Positions 9,949-20,452 of a DNA stretch of 64,000 nucleotides are shown piece by piece; positions within the stretch are counted from its first letter, which is position 1, and every line of letters begins with the position of its first letter. The notes beneath the pieces were generated by a model. It saw only the letters and a program-made list of their open reading frames with translations. It was not told the DNA's origin and searched no databases. The position numbers were made by a program, and so were the translations under genes. This DNA is from Dehalococcoidia bacterium (lineage in GTDB: Bacteria; Chloroflexota; Dehalococcoidia; Lucifugimonadales; UBA3495), in assembly GCA_965115825.1 (NCBI GenBank), contig OZ220464.1, positions 2,808,874 through 2,872,873 on the forward strand. Direction: 5' to 3'.

Positions 9949-11121
9949 ATGGCTTTACCCGACCGTATGAAGTTTGGCATCTTTATGGGCCCGTTCCATC
10001 GGGCCGGTGAGAATCCGACGCTGGCGCTGGAACGCGACCTGGAGCTGGTGCAGTGGCTGGATTATCTGGGATTTGACGAGGCCTGGATTGGCGAGCATCA
10101 CAGCGCCGGCTGGGAAATCATCTCCTCGCCGGAGATTTTCATAGGCGTGGCGGCCGACCGCACCAAGCACATCAAGCTGGGCACCGGCGTGGTCAGCCTG
10201 CCCTATCACCATCCCTTTATGGTGGCCAACTGGATGACCCAGCTGGATCACATGACCCGAGGCCGGGTGATGCTGGGCGTCGGGCCCGGCGCGCTGCCCG
10301 GCGACGCCTATATGATGGGTATTGACCCCACCAAGCAGCGGCTGCGGATGGACGAAGCGCTGGGCGTCATTATGCGCCTGTTCAAGGAGAAGGAACCGAT
10401 TACCCACGAAAGCGACTGGTTCGTGATGCAGGAAGCCATGTTGCAGCTGCGTCCCTACCAGACGCCCCACATGCCCGTCTCGGTGGCGTCGGTGCAGACG
10501 CCTTCGGGCGTGGCGCTGGCCGGCAAGCACGGCGCATCGGTGCTGACGATTACAACGCCCAGAGATCCCAAGATGCCACAGGGCGCCGACCTGAAGGAAC
10601 TGTGGGACATCTGCGAGGAATCGGCGGCGGAGCACAGCCAAACGGTTGACCGCTTTGACTGGCGCCTGGTGCTGCCGGTGCACCTGGCCGATACCCGGAA
10701 AGAGGCATTTGAGCAGGCCCGCATCGGCGCGGGACGCTATCAGCGCGAGTATTTTGAGCACACCATGGGACGTCCGCAGGTGGTGGACGGGCCGCCGGAG
10801 AAAATCATCGACGTGATGGCGGAGCGCGGCGCGTGGATTATCGGCACGCCGGACGACTGCATTGAGGGCATCAAACGGCTGGAAGAGCGCAGCGGCGGGT
10901 TCGGCGCGTTTATGGTGCAGACGGTGGACTGGGCGGCCCGGGAGCATATGCTGCACAGCTACGAACTGATTGCCCGCCACGTGATGCCGCACTTCCAGGG
11001 CAGCGCGGACGCCGCCGTCACCTCTAACCGGTGGGCTTACGAGCGGCGCGAAACCCTCCAGGCCGGCCGGACGCGGGCGCTGGACCGGGCGCGGGAGGCT
11101 TACGTCGGCAGAGGCGCATAA
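9949..11121 (+). CDS. LLM-class flavin-dependent monooxygenase (limonene monooxygenase-like)
   Basis: MKFGIFMGPFH, AWIGEHHS, LGTGVVSLPYHHP, GVGPGALPGD. Confidence 0.92.
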   Translation: MALPDRMKFGIFMGPFHRAGENPTLALERDLELVQWLDYLGFDEAWIGEHHSAGWEIISSPEIFIGVAADRTKHIKLGTGVVSLPYHHPFMVANWMTQLDHMTRGRVMLGVGPGALPGDAYMMGIDPTKQRLRMDEALGVIMRLFKEKEPITHESDWFVMQEAMLQLRPYQTPHMPVSVASVQTPSGVALAGKHGASVLTITTPRDPKMPQGADLKELWDICEESAAEHSQTVDRFDWRLVLPVHLADTRKEAFEQARIGAGRYQREYFEHTMGRPQVVDGPPEKIIDVMAERGAWIIGTPDDCIEGIKRLEERSGGFGAFMVQTVDWAAREHMLHSYELIARHVMPHFQGSADAAVTSNRWAYERRETLQAGRTRALDRAREAYVGRGA

Positions 11122-11408
11122 GGTCTGACGCAGGGAACTTCGCAGCGTTCCGTCAGCAGGGTTGGCCGCCGGTTCAACGGCAGGCCGGCGGCAACCCCGC
11201 AAAGGGAGGCGTAAGATGAGTTTCTGGGATGACATCTATGAGCTGAGCGATAAGGGGCTGATGCCAAATGATATGGGCGCGTAGCCATCTGCGTCAGACC
11301 AGATAATCATTGCTGCTGCCATAGTTTATAATTGTCCGTTAGCTACTTCTGATGGCAAGATAATCGCGCATCCCGACGCGCGAACGATTCACTAGTGGAG
11401 GCCCTACC

Positions 11409-13370
11409 ATGCCACTGCATCCGCAAGCGCAACAGGTTATTGAGGCGACCCGCGCCCTGGGCCTGCCGCCCAATCACACCGTTTCGCCCGCCGAGGCGCG
11501 GGCTAACGCCGCGAAGCGTCCTCGAGGGCCGGGCCCCGAGGTGGGAAAGGTGGAGAACCGAAGCGTCCCCGGGCCGGCCGGCGACGTGCCGGTGCGCATC
11601 TACACGCCGGAGGGGAATGGCCCGTTTCCCATACTGGTGTGGTATCACGGCGGCGGCTGGGTCGTCGGCGACCTGGAATCGGCGGACGGCACGGCGCGGC
11701 ATCTGTGCGTTGGGGCGCGCAGCGTGGTGGTGTCGGTGGACTACCGGCTGGCTCCGGAGGCCAGGTATCCCGAACCGCTGGATGACTGTTACGCGGCCAC
11801 CCTGTGGGCCAGCGAGTATGCCGAGGAGCTGGGCGGCGTTAGCGGGGTGGTGTCGGTGGGCGGAGACAGCGCCGGCGGCAACCTGGCCGCCGCCGTGAGC
11901 ATCCGCGCCGCCGAAACCGGCGACGTGCGCGTCAGCCACCAGCTGCTGGTCTATCCCGTTACGGACGCCAGGTTTGACACTGGGTCTTACATTGACAACG
12001 CCACCGGCTACAACCTGGAACGGGACGGCATGATCTGGTACTGGGAGCAGTATCTGGCGGATCCGGCGCAGGCGTCGGACCCGCAGGTGGCGCCGCTGCG
12101 GCTGTCCGCAGACTTTGAGGGGATGGACGACCTGGCGCAGGCGCTGGTGATTACGGCGGAGTATGACCCGCTGCGGGACGAAGGCGAAGCCTACGGCCGG
12201 CATCTGAACGATTTGGGAGCGCCGGCGCAGGTGAATCGCTACGACGGCATGATCCACGGCTTTTTCAGCATGGCCGGCGTGATGGACACGGCGCGGACGG
12301 CGATGGACGACGCCTGCGAATTTCTGCGCGGCGCCGTGGACGATATGACGGAAGAGTATTTCCACCAGCAGGAGGGCGACCCGGCGGCGATGCGCCGGCT
12401 GCTTGATCCCCAGGCGGCAGAAGCGCTGGCGGCGCTGGAATCGCAGGGTATCAAGGCCTTCCAGGATATGGATGTGCGCGAGTGCCGGGAAGCGATGAAC
12501 AACCGGCCCAGGCCGCAGGGGCCGGCAGTGGGAAAGGTGGAAGACCGCATCATTATGAACGAACACGGCAAGGAGCCGGGCGAGGTGCCCATCCGCATCT
12601 ACACGCCGGCGACGGGCGGCCCCTGGGGTACGCTGGTGTGGTATCACGGCGGCGGCTGGGTCATTGGCAACGTGGAGACGGCTGACGCTACGGCGCGGGA
12701 GCTGTGCGTAGGCGCCAACTGCGTGGTGGTGTCGGTGGATTACCGACTGGCGCCGGAGCACAAGTTCCCTACGCCGTTTGAGGACTGCCTGACGGCGACG
12801 ATGTGGGCCATGGCCAACGCCGAGTCGCTTGGCAGCCGTCCCGACGCCGTCGCGGTGGGCGGTGACAGCGCCGGGGGCAACCTGGCCGCCGCCGTGGCGC
12901 TGGCGCAGGACGACTTTCCCGTTCCGCTGGCCTTCCAGCTGCTGGTGTATCCGGTTACGGATTACGCCTATGACACCCGTTCCTACTCGGTGAACGGGCA
13001 GGGTATGTTCCTGGAAACGGCCAGTATGCGCTGGTTCTGGAACCACTATGTGGACAGCTCCGACCTGTCGGGCTACAATATCTTCGCGTCGCCGCTGCGG
13101 GCGCGCCTGGATGCCAGCCTGCCGCCGGCTGTGGTGATAACCGCCGAGTTCGACCCACTGCGGGATGAGGGCGAAGCCTACGCCGCCGCGCTGGAAGAAG
13201 CGGGAGTTTCCACGACGCGCATCCGCTACGATGGGGTGATTCACGGCTTCTTCGGGATGCCCCACGTCATTGACAAGGGCCGGCGGGCGTTGGATGCAGC
13301 CGGCGCCTCCCTGCGCGAGGCTTTCGCTGCGACGCTGGATCAGCCGGAGGTTGCGGCGGCGGATGACTGA
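11409..13370 (+). CDS. Tandem two-domain HSL-family alpha/beta hydrolase (esterase)
   Basis: Two copies each of HGGGW, GDSAGGNL, E(Y/F)DPLRDE and HGFF. Confidence 0.92.
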   Translation: MPLHPQAQQVIEATRALGLPPNHTVSPAEARANAAKRPRGPGPEVGKVENRSVPGPAGDVPVRIYTPEGNGPFPILVWYHGGGWVVGDLESADGTARHLCVGARSVVVSVDYRLAPEARYPEPLDDCYAATLWASEYAEELGGVSGVVSVGGDSAGGNLAAAVSIRAAETGDVRVSHQLLVYPVTDARFDTGSYIDNATGYNLERDGMIWYWEQYLADPAQASDPQVAPLRLSADFEGMDDLAQALVITAEYDPLRDEGEAYGRHLNDLGAPAQVNRYDGMIHGFFSMAGVMDTARTAMDDACEFLRGAVDDMTEEYFHQQEGDPAAMRRLLDPQAAEALAALESQGIKAFQDMDVRECREAMNNRPRPQGPAVGKVEDRIIMNEHGKEPGEVPIRIYTPATGGPWGTLVWYHGGGWVIGNVETADATARELCVGANCVVVSVDYRLAPEHKFPTPFEDCLTATMWAMANAESLGSRPDAVAVGGDSAGGNLAAAVALAQDDFPVPLAFQLLVYPVTDYAYDTRSYSVNGQGMFLETASMRWFWNHYVDSSDLSGYNIFASPLRARLDASLPPAVVITAEFDPLRDEGEAYAAALEEAGVSTTRIRYDGVIHGFFGMPHVIDKGRRALDAAGASLREAFAATLDQPEVAAADD

Positions 13371-13459
13371 TGCGGCGCGACGGATGCCGGGCCGGACATC
13401 ACCGGCCCGACTCGCGTCTATGCTAGAATGTTCTTACCTGACGAAAACGCGAGGCAATC

Positions 13460-14407
13460 GTGGCAACTCCCATTGGATCATTCCAGGACATACTGGATGC
13501 GCTGGAACAAAACCCCGAATATCAGGAAGCAATGCGCCGGCACATCCTGGACGAGGAAATCCGGCGTTTGCCTGCCGAGTTCCGCAAGCTGCGAGAAACC
13601 GTGGACAGCCTGGCGCAAGCCGTTCGCGACTACATGGAGACTACCAACGAGCGACTGGGCCGTGTGGAATCAGATGTAGCGGAACTGAAAGAGGGGCAGG
13701 CCAGGCTGGAATCGGATGTAGCGGAGCTGAAAGAGGGGCAGGCCGAACTGAGAGAGGGGCAGACCAGGCTGGAATCGGATGTAGCGGAGCTGAAAGAGGG
13801 ACAAGCGGAACTGAGAGAGAGGCAGACCAGGCTGGAATCGGATGTAGCGGAGCTGAAAGAGGGACAAACGGAACTGAGAGAGGGGCAGGCCAGGCTGGAA
13901 TCGGATGTAGCGGAGCTGAAAGAGGGGCAGACCGAACTGAAAGCCGGACATACCCGATTGGAAGGACGCATCGGCGACGTGGCCGGCACTAACTATGAAC
14001 GTCGTATTGCCAAGCATTGCCGCAGCATTGTGAGCCGACGCTTGGGAATCAAACGCGCCAAAGTGCTGCATAGTATCAGCGTCCCCGATAACGAGGCCTT
14101 TGACGACTTGGTGTATGCTGCCAGCGAGGCTGGTTCCATCACTGACGAACAGGCTTACGATTTGGACTTGTCGGACATCATCGTTGCCGGCGCCGGCGCG
14201 CCGCGCCAGGCAAATTATGCGGTCATTGAGGTGTCGGAGACTATTGACGACGATGATGTTGACCGCGCCCATGAGCGCGCCGCCATATTGGCCAGAGCCA
14301 TTAGCGAGCCCGTTGTCGCGGCTGTCATCGGCAGGAGCGTATCCGAAACGAACCGCCAGCGGGCTGCCCGAAACGATGTGACCGTCATTGTCATGGCAGA
14401 AAATTAA
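13460..14407 (+). CDS. Variable-repeat coiled-coil protein with putative PD-(D/E)XK-like C-terminal domain
   Basis: Paralogue of 8659 and 51072; 63-nt repeats (RLESDVAELKEGQAELREGQT); SDIIV..IEVSETIDDDDVDRA. Confidence 0.8.
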   Translation: MATPIGSFQDILDALEQNPEYQEAMRRHILDEEIRRLPAEFRKLRETVDSLAQAVRDYMETTNERLGRVESDVAELKEGQARLESDVAELKEGQAELREGQTRLESDVAELKEGQAELRERQTRLESDVAELKEGQTELREGQARLESDVAELKEGQTELKAGHTRLEGRIGDVAGTNYERRIAKHCRSIVSRRLGIKRAKVLHSISVPDNEAFDDLVYAASEAGSITDEQAYDLDLSDIIVAGAGAPRQANYAVIEVSETIDDDDVDRAHERAAILARAISEPVVAAVIGRSVSETNRQRAARNDVTVIVMAEN

Positions 14408-14639
14408 CCCATTCGCTGGCGGATTCTGCTAATGGGCGGCGCGCGGATCCGCACCGCCATCGGGTTTGTTATCGTTGAGATCCTGCGCCCCCTAACCGCT
14501 GTGTGCAGGATATAGAGCGCTTTCAGCGTCGGGCCATGGAGTTGCGTCGTCGCCCGTAGGCGTGGATGCTATCTGAGCCCGACGCCGTGTTATGATGGCC
14601 TGATGCTACGCCGTCGAATTCTGCCGCGCCGCGAGGTTC

Positions 14640-15350
14640 ATGATGACCACTACTGCCAAAACCGGCCAACGCCTCACGCCGGGCGGGGCCCGCATCCGCC
14701 TGACTGAGCTGCCCGACCCGCCGCAGATCCCTGATATGGCCACGCAAATTCCCGACATAGCCCGAGCCCATAACACTTTGGAGGCCTACTACGTCGCACG
14801 GCCCGACGTCGTGGTGATGGGCAACGGCTATCTGTGCCAGGATGCCAGCGATGTCCGTCGCGCTCCATACCCTGACCTGATAGTCTCCCTTGATATAACC
14901 ATACCGCCGGCGGATATTGTAGCGTCCAACGGCTACACCATCAGCGAAGTTGGCAAGCCGCCCGACTTTGTGCTGGAAGTGGCTTCCCAATCCACGGGCC
15001 GACGGGATTACACTGAGAAACGGGAAATCTACGCTCGTTACGGGGTGGTCGAATACTGGCGGTTTGACCGCACCGGAGGGCAGTTTCACGACGCGGCCCT
15101 GGCCGGCGACCGGCTGCTGCCCAACGGCGCATACGAGCCAATGCCTACGAACCGAATGGATGACGGCGTAGTGCGTGGTTACAGCGTGGCGCTGGGCCTG
15201 GAATTGCGCTGGGTTGAGGGTGCGCTGCGGTTCTGGGAGCCGGCGACGGGGGAATACCTGCCGGATTTGGCGGAAGCCACGGCTCAGCGGGATGCAGCAT
15301 TGGAACGTGTGCGGCGGTTGGAAGCGGAATTGCGCCGCTCGCGGGACTGA
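14640..15350 (+). CDS. Uma2 family endonuclease
   Basis: PYPDLIV, GKPPDFVLEVASQSTGRRD, YARYGVVEYWRFD. Confidence 0.88.
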   Translation: MMTTTAKTGQRLTPGGARIRLTELPDPPQIPDMATQIPDIARAHNTLEAYYVARPDVVVMGNGYLCQDASDVRRAPYPDLIVSLDITIPPADIVASNGYTISEVGKPPDFVLEVASQSTGRRDYTEKREIYARYGVVEYWRFDRTGGQFHDAALAGDRLLPNGAYEPMPTNRMDDGVVRGYSVALGLELRWVEGALRFWEPATGEYLPDLAEATAQRDAALERVRRLEAELRRSRD

Positions 15351-15436
15351 CTTGCCGCCAGCGTCAGGTGGTATTATGACGGCGCGGGGCGATGCTGGGC
15401 CTCGCCGCCGACGCTTTGCACAAAGGAGCGACTATC

Positions 15437-16777
15437 ATGGCAGAAACCATCCAGGAACAGTACATCCGAATGAATCCCCGTTCGCGGGAGCTGCAACCCC
15501 GGTATCAGAACAGCTTTCCCTCGGGCAGCCCGGGACACGACGGCTATACTTCCGACCCTTTCCCGGTCGTTGTTGCCCGGGGCAGTGGACCGCGCAAGTG
15601 GGACATCGACGGCAATGAGTATGTTGACTACGGTATGGGATCGGCTTCGCTGCTGCTGGGGCACGCCCATCCGGAGGTTACCGCAGCGCTGTCCGGCGCT
15701 CTGGCCGACGGTTCCCACTTCGGCGCGCCTACCGAGTCGATGTTGGAATGGGGGGAGCGGGTCTGCGCCCTGATGCCCTGCGCCGACAAGGTGCGGTTCG
15801 TTGGCTCGGGCGCCGAGGCCACCATGCTGGCTATGCGCGTCGCTCGCGCTTACACCGGCAAGGAGAAAATCATCCGCTGGGAGTCACACTATCACGGTTG
15901 GCACGACTACGTAATGCCCGGCAACCTGCCGCCCTTTGACGTGCCGGCATCCATCGGCATTCCCCAGGGCGCTATTGACTCCATCATCGTGCTGCCCACG
16001 GACCTGGCGGCGCTGGAAAATGCGCTGAACAGCGACGACAACATTGCCGGCGTCATTACTGAGGCATCGGGCGCGTCTTACGGCACGGTTCCCCTGCCCG
16101 AGGGGTTCCTGGACGGAGTGCGTCGCCTGACGCGGGAGCATGGCGCGGTGATGATTCTGGACGAGGTTATCACCGGATTCCGCTGGGCGCCCGGCGGCGC
16201 GCAGCAGCGGCTGGGCGTTGACCCCGACTTGTGCACCATGGCCAAAATACTCACCGGCGGGCTGCCCGGCGGCGGCGTGGGCGGTCGGGACGAAATCATG
16301 GCGGTGATGCACCAGACGGGCGACAGCCGCCACGACCGCTACGAGCGCGTGCTGCACGGCGGGACGTTCAACGCCAACCCCTACGCCGCCGCCGCCGGAA
16401 ATGCCGCCCTGCGCCTGGTCGCCGCCGGCGAGTACAACGAGCAGGCCGACCGGATGGCCCAACGGCTGCGGGTGGGACTGCGCGAGGTGGTGGAACGGAG
16501 GGAGGTCAACGCTACCGTGTACGGCGAGGCGTCAACCTTCCACCTGTTCTTTGGAGAGCGCAGCATTGACGGCCTGGACGCGGCGCGGTTGAAAGACCAG
16601 ACTATGGCCATCCAGCGGAGCCTGCGGCAGGCGCTGCAAGTGCGCGGCGTTGACCTGATGTCCCGCACCAGCGGCGTCCTCTCCGGCGCCCACACCGAGG
16701 CGGACATTGACTTGACCATTGAAGCCTTTGACGGCGCGCTGGCAGCGATGGTAGAGGAGGGGCTGGTGCAGCATTAG
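15437..16777 (+). CDS. Class III PLP aminotransferase (glutamate-1-semialdehyde aminomutase-like)
   Basis: WDIDGNEYVD, YHGWHD, ILDEVITGFR, AKILTGGLP, HGGTFNANP. Confidence 0.9.
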   Translation: MAETIQEQYIRMNPRSRELQPRYQNSFPSGSPGHDGYTSDPFPVVVARGSGPRKWDIDGNEYVDYGMGSASLLLGHAHPEVTAALSGALADGSHFGAPTESMLEWGERVCALMPCADKVRFVGSGAEATMLAMRVARAYTGKEKIIRWESHYHGWHDYVMPGNLPPFDVPASIGIPQGAIDSIIVLPTDLAALENALNSDDNIAGVITEASGASYGTVPLPEGFLDGVRRLTREHGAVMILDEVITGFRWAPGGAQQRLGVDPDLCTMAKILTGGLPGGGVGGRDEIMAVMHQTGDSRHDRYERVLHGGTFNANPYAAAAGNAALRLVAAGEYNEQADRMAQRLRVGLREVVERREVNATVYGEASTFHLFFGERSIDGLDAARLKDQTMAIQRSLRQALQVRGVDLMSRTSGVLSGAHTEADIDLTIEAFDGALAAMVEEGLVQH

Positions 16778-16816
16778 GCGCCGGCGCGCTCACCGCTCAT
16801 CACACATATGAAGCGA

Positions 16817-16847
16817 AGCCTCCCGCCATTATTGGCGGGAGGCTTTT
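16817..16847 (+). terminator. Rho-independent terminator
   Basis: aagcctcccgcca-tta-ttggcgggaggctttt hairpin with T-tail after the aminotransferase. Confidence 0.8.
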
Positions 16848-16874
16848 GCGTTTGTATCCATACTAGCTGGATTG

Positions 16875-17610
16875 TTAGAAACGAAAGGCGCAGCCGGGGC
16901 AATCGCAGGAGGAGCCGGGATTTCGAAAGTGGTGGAGGCCGTGTATTGTACCGCCTTCGCTGTCAAAATAATCAGAGATTGCGTCAAAAAACTCACTGTC
17001 CCCCTGCTCGTATTTCCGCCACATCGCATAGGCTACCAAGTCAGCATATTGTATGCAACGAGTTGCCTTTGCATCGACGAAAAGCGGGACATCTGCCAAA
17101 TTGCGAGTGACGCCCCACGTATGCCCTAGTGTTCTGAACTCATTGGCCAAGGATTGAAGCCGGGTTTCCTGGGAAGATTTGTCTAGGATAATCAACCCAC
17201 GCTGGCTATTACCGGCATGGTGCAAGCGACGGAGAAATCTGTCAAACCGGTCGCAAATCTGCGCGAAGGCGTATTCCACAGGATCGTTAGGCGAAAGTGC
17301 TTGTTTATCAACCGATACGCCAAATAATTCCCATTCACCGCGTAGCGTCTGCGCAGTCTGCAAAGCGTCAATTATGACCGAGCGGCGTTCTACCCGCCCC
17401 AATTTTCGCCACCAGCCGTTGCCTTTTCGGAGCGGATTTCGGTGAAACTCAAGCCGTTCAGGGACGGGAGCGCCAAGGTCTCTGCAAGCCTATCCAACGC
17501 AGTTTGAAGCCAGTGGGCTTGACGTTCGAACACAGCGATACCGGCAAGGACGAAGCGCTTATCCTGCGGGTTGCAACGGAGCCTGCGTCGTCAAGATAGA
17601 GCAGGTGCAT
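16875..17610 (-). pseudogene. DUF3800 domain protein, two 5' frameshifts
   Basis: Starts MHLLYLDDAGS, then FVLAGIAVFERQ in another frame; C-terminal IQYADLVAYA. Confidence 0.75.
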
Positions 17611-17682
17611 AATAAAGACAGCCGGGCAAGAACCACGTCTTGACGGACCGGATTACAAGCCGGGCCTCCCAACCGTAGATAT

Positions 17683-17711
17683 ACGGTAGCAGAGCATTCG
17701 CGGGTTGTCAA
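17683..17711 (-). promoter_or_regulatory. sigma70-type promoter for the DUF3800 leader
   Basis: TTGACA-17 bp-TACCGT with TG extension. Confidence 0.55.
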
Positions 17712-17746
17712 AACTGGTCGGGCAATTTGGACAATCGTCGCGTTTG

Positions 17747-19486
17747 CTACCACGCCGCTGCGTAGCCGTCGTACCGCGGGTCGGCGGCGCCGTGGAGCGC
17801 GCCGGTGTCGGGGTCGATGTAGATGGCCATTTCCCGACCCGTTACGCCGTCCCAGGCGTCCAGCTGATGGACGGGGTGGCCCATGGCGCGCAGCTGTCGC
17901 ATTACGGCGTCGCTGAAGCGGCTTTCCATCAGCAGCCGGTCTTCGGCGGTGTGAGGCACGGTTGACTCGGTGCCGTCGCCTATGTGTTTCCATCGGGGAG
18001 CTTCCACGGCCTCCTGCACAGTCATGCCGTAGTCAATCAGGTTGGCGATGACCTGCATATTGCTCTGCACCTGGCAGTCTGCGCCGGGCGTGCCCAGTAC
18101 GTAGGCGAGCCGGCGCGCGCCGGTTCCATTGCCGCCGCCGGCGGTTTGGCCGCGCCGGAATACCATTACCGGGTTCATAGTGTGACGCACGCGCTTGCCG
18201 GGCTGCAGGCAATCCACGTGGTTGGGGTCAAGATGCCAGTAGGTCATGCGGTTGTTGAGCAGGATGCCGGTGTCGCCGGCCACCAGAGACGATCCCCATC
18301 CGCTCTGGATGCTTTGCAGCTGGCACACGGCGTTGCCCTCCCGGTCGGCGACGACGAAGCAGGTAGTGTCTTCCTGCTCGCTGCGGGGGCCGCGCCGTCC
18401 CACGCCGGCGGGAGCAGCCGGTCGACGTTCCGACTGGTAGCGCCAGGGGTCGCCGGCGGCTACCTCCCGGGCGGCCCGCTGGAGGTCGATGCCGGCGGCG
18501 CGCGCGCTGGCGTACTCGGCGGACAGCATACCGGCCAGGGGGACGTCAATGTAGTCGGGGTCGGCAACGTAAGCCTCCCGGTCGGCAAAGGCCATCTTTT
18601 TGGCTTCCACCATCAGGTGGATGGACTCGGCGGAACCGAAGCCCAGGCCGGCCATGTCGTACTGACGGATGACGTTCAGCTCCTGCAACAGGATATGCCC
18701 GCTGGAATTGGGCGGGGCCTCGTACACGGTATAGTCGCCGTAATCGGTTGAGATGGGTTCCTGCCAGCGGGCGGAGCAGTCGTTGAGGTCGTCCATGGTG
18801 AGCAGGCCGCCCTGCTCCTGGCTGAACCGGACGATAGCCTCGCCGATGCTGCCTCGGTAGAAGGCGTCGCGGCCCTGCTGCGCGATGGTGGACAGGGTGC
18901 GCGCCAGGTTCGGCTGGCGCAGGATGTCGCCGGGGCGCCTGGGTTCGCCGGTGTCGCTGCGGGTGAATATGGCGCGGCTGGTGGGAAACTGGCAGAGCAT
19001 GGAATCGCCGGCGATGGCGGCGGACAGGTAGTGAGTTACGGGGAAGCCGTCTTCGGCCAGGGCAATGGCCGGAGCCAGCGCGTCGCTCAGCGGGAGGGCG
19101 CCGTAGGCCTCGTGGGTATCGAGCCAGGCGTTGAGCAGGCCGGGGACGGAAACGCTGAGGATGCCCTTCATGGGGATGCCGTCGCGGTAGCGTTCCAAGG
19201 TGGCGGCGTAGGGCGCGGCGCCGGTGCCGTTGCAGACGCGCAGCCTGTCGTCGGAGGCCCGGTAGGCCATGATGAAGCCGTCGCCGCCGATGCCGGACAT
19301 GAGCGGTTCCACCACGCCCAGAGCGGCGGCGGTGGCGATGGCGGCGTCAAAGGCGTTGCCGCCCCGTTGCAGGATGCTCACGCCGGCCTGAGCCGCCAGC
19401 GGGTGGCCGGCGCATACCATTCCGTTGCGGCCCATCACCACCGGGCGATGGGCGGCGTAGCGGATGCCGTGAGGGGTGTTGGACAT
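17747..19486 (-). CDS. ggt: Gamma-glutamyltransferase
   Basis: GGNAFDAAIA, SGIGGDGF, PPNSSG, nucleophile DTTCFVVAD, GTPGAD, GAADPR. Confidence 0.93.
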   Translation of the reverse strand: MSNTPHGIRYAAHRPVVMGRNGMVCAGHPLAAQAGVSILQRGGNAFDAAIATAAALGVVEPLMSGIGGDGFIMAYRASDDRLRVCNGTGAAPYAATLERYRDGIPMKGILSVSVPGLLNAWLDTHEAYGALPLSDALAPAIALAEDGFPVTHYLSAAIAGDSMLCQFPTSRAIFTRSDTGEPRRPGDILRQPNLARTLSTIAQQGRDAFYRGSIGEAIVRFSQEQGGLLTMDDLNDCSARWQEPISTDYGDYTVYEAPPNSSGHILLQELNVIRQYDMAGLGFGSAESIHLMVEAKKMAFADREAYVADPDYIDVPLAGMLSAEYASARAAGIDLQRAAREVAAGDPWRYQSERRPAAPAGVGRRGPRSEQEDTTCFVVADREGNAVCQLQSIQSGWGSSLVAGDTGILLNNRMTYWHLDPNHVDCLQPGKRVRHTMNPVMVFRRGQTAGGGNGTGARRLAYVLGTPGADCQVQSNMQVIANLIDYGMTVQEAVEAPRWKHIGDGTESTVPHTAEDRLLMESRFSDAVMRQLRAMGHPVHQLDAWDGVTGREMAIYIDPDTGALHGAADPRYDGYAAAW

Positions 19487-19510
19487 GGCGATGGCTCCTC
19501 AAATAAGAGA

Positions 19511-20332
19511 CTATCCTGCGGAGGTTGCGGCGAGGGCGAGGCGGGATGAAGCCAGCACTTCCTGCGCGATGCCGCTGCGTTTCAGGAATTCTTCCTGCTC
19601 CAGCGTGAACTGCCCGCCGGAGCTGCGCAGGGTGCTGGTGAGGGTATCGGTGGCGATGCTGAGAACGGAAGGCGGATCGAAGTTCACGGATTCCAGGTTG
19701 AGCGCGCCGGACAGGTCGATGGCGGCCAGGATGGTGTCGTACATAAAAGCGTTGCTGAAGTCGGTGTTCTCCAACAGCGCTTCGTTGAAGTTGGCGTGGG
19801 CCAGGTTCACCCCTGCCAGGCTGGCGTCGGCGAGGCCGGTTTTGTAGAAGGTTGCGTTGGAAAGGTTGGCGGACTGGAAGTCGGTCCATTCCAGGCTGGC
19901 CTCGGAGAAATCGGCATAGTAGCAGTAGGTTTCCCTAAGGTTGGCCCAGCCCAGGTTGGCGCTGCGGAGGCTGGCCTGGCTCAGGTCGACGCGCTTGAGG
20001 TCGGCGGCCTGCAACTGGGCCCGAGTCAGGTTGGCGCCGGTGAGTAGCGCGCCTTGCAGGTTGGCGCCGCGCAGGTCGGCGTCCTGAAAGACTGCCCCGA
20101 CAAAGTTGCAGAAGTGCAGGTCGGCGCCGCGCAGGTCGGCGCGGCTGAAGTCGGCGCCGTTGAAATCCAGCTCGGCCAGGTTGCTCCAGGTCAGATCTTT
20201 GCCCGGCAGCTGGGAATTCGCCAATGATATTCCGGTGACGTCCTGCGTTGCCCGCCACTCGTTCCAGGCGACGACATCGGTGTTGAGCAGTTTCAAGCAA
20301 TGTTTGGCAGCGTTTCTACGCCAGATCCGCAT
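19511..20332 (-). CDS. Pentapeptide repeat protein
   Basis: A(D/N)LxxA repeats, N-terminal WNEWR. Confidence 0.88.
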   Translation of the reverse strand: MRIWRRNAAKHCLKLLNTDVVAWNEWRATQDVTGISLANSQLPGKDLTWSNLAELDFNGADFSRADLRGADLHFCNFVGAVFQDADLRGANLQGALLTGANLTRAQLQAADLKRVDLSQASLRSANLGWANLRETYCYYADFSEASLEWTDFQSANLSNATFYKTGLADASLAGVNLAHANFNEALLENTDFSNAFMYDTILAAIDLSGALNLESVNFDPPSVLSIATDTLTSTLRSSGGQFTLEQEEFLKRSGIAQEVLASSRLALAATSAG

Positions 20333-20452
20333 AAGCGTACTTCCTGGTTAGGCTCTCTGACCAAAACGGCAGGGGCGAATGGCTATATTCGCCCCTGCCT
20401 TACTGATGCAGCAAGTTGCGCGGGGAACGAGGAGCGGCTTCTACTGCCAGCC

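Noticed and set aside
11343-13265. Long antisense ORFs (also 9955-11235, 39163-40974, 46549-47811, 599-1705)
   Set aside because: Shadow frames of well-supported genes in high-GC DNA, with no motifs
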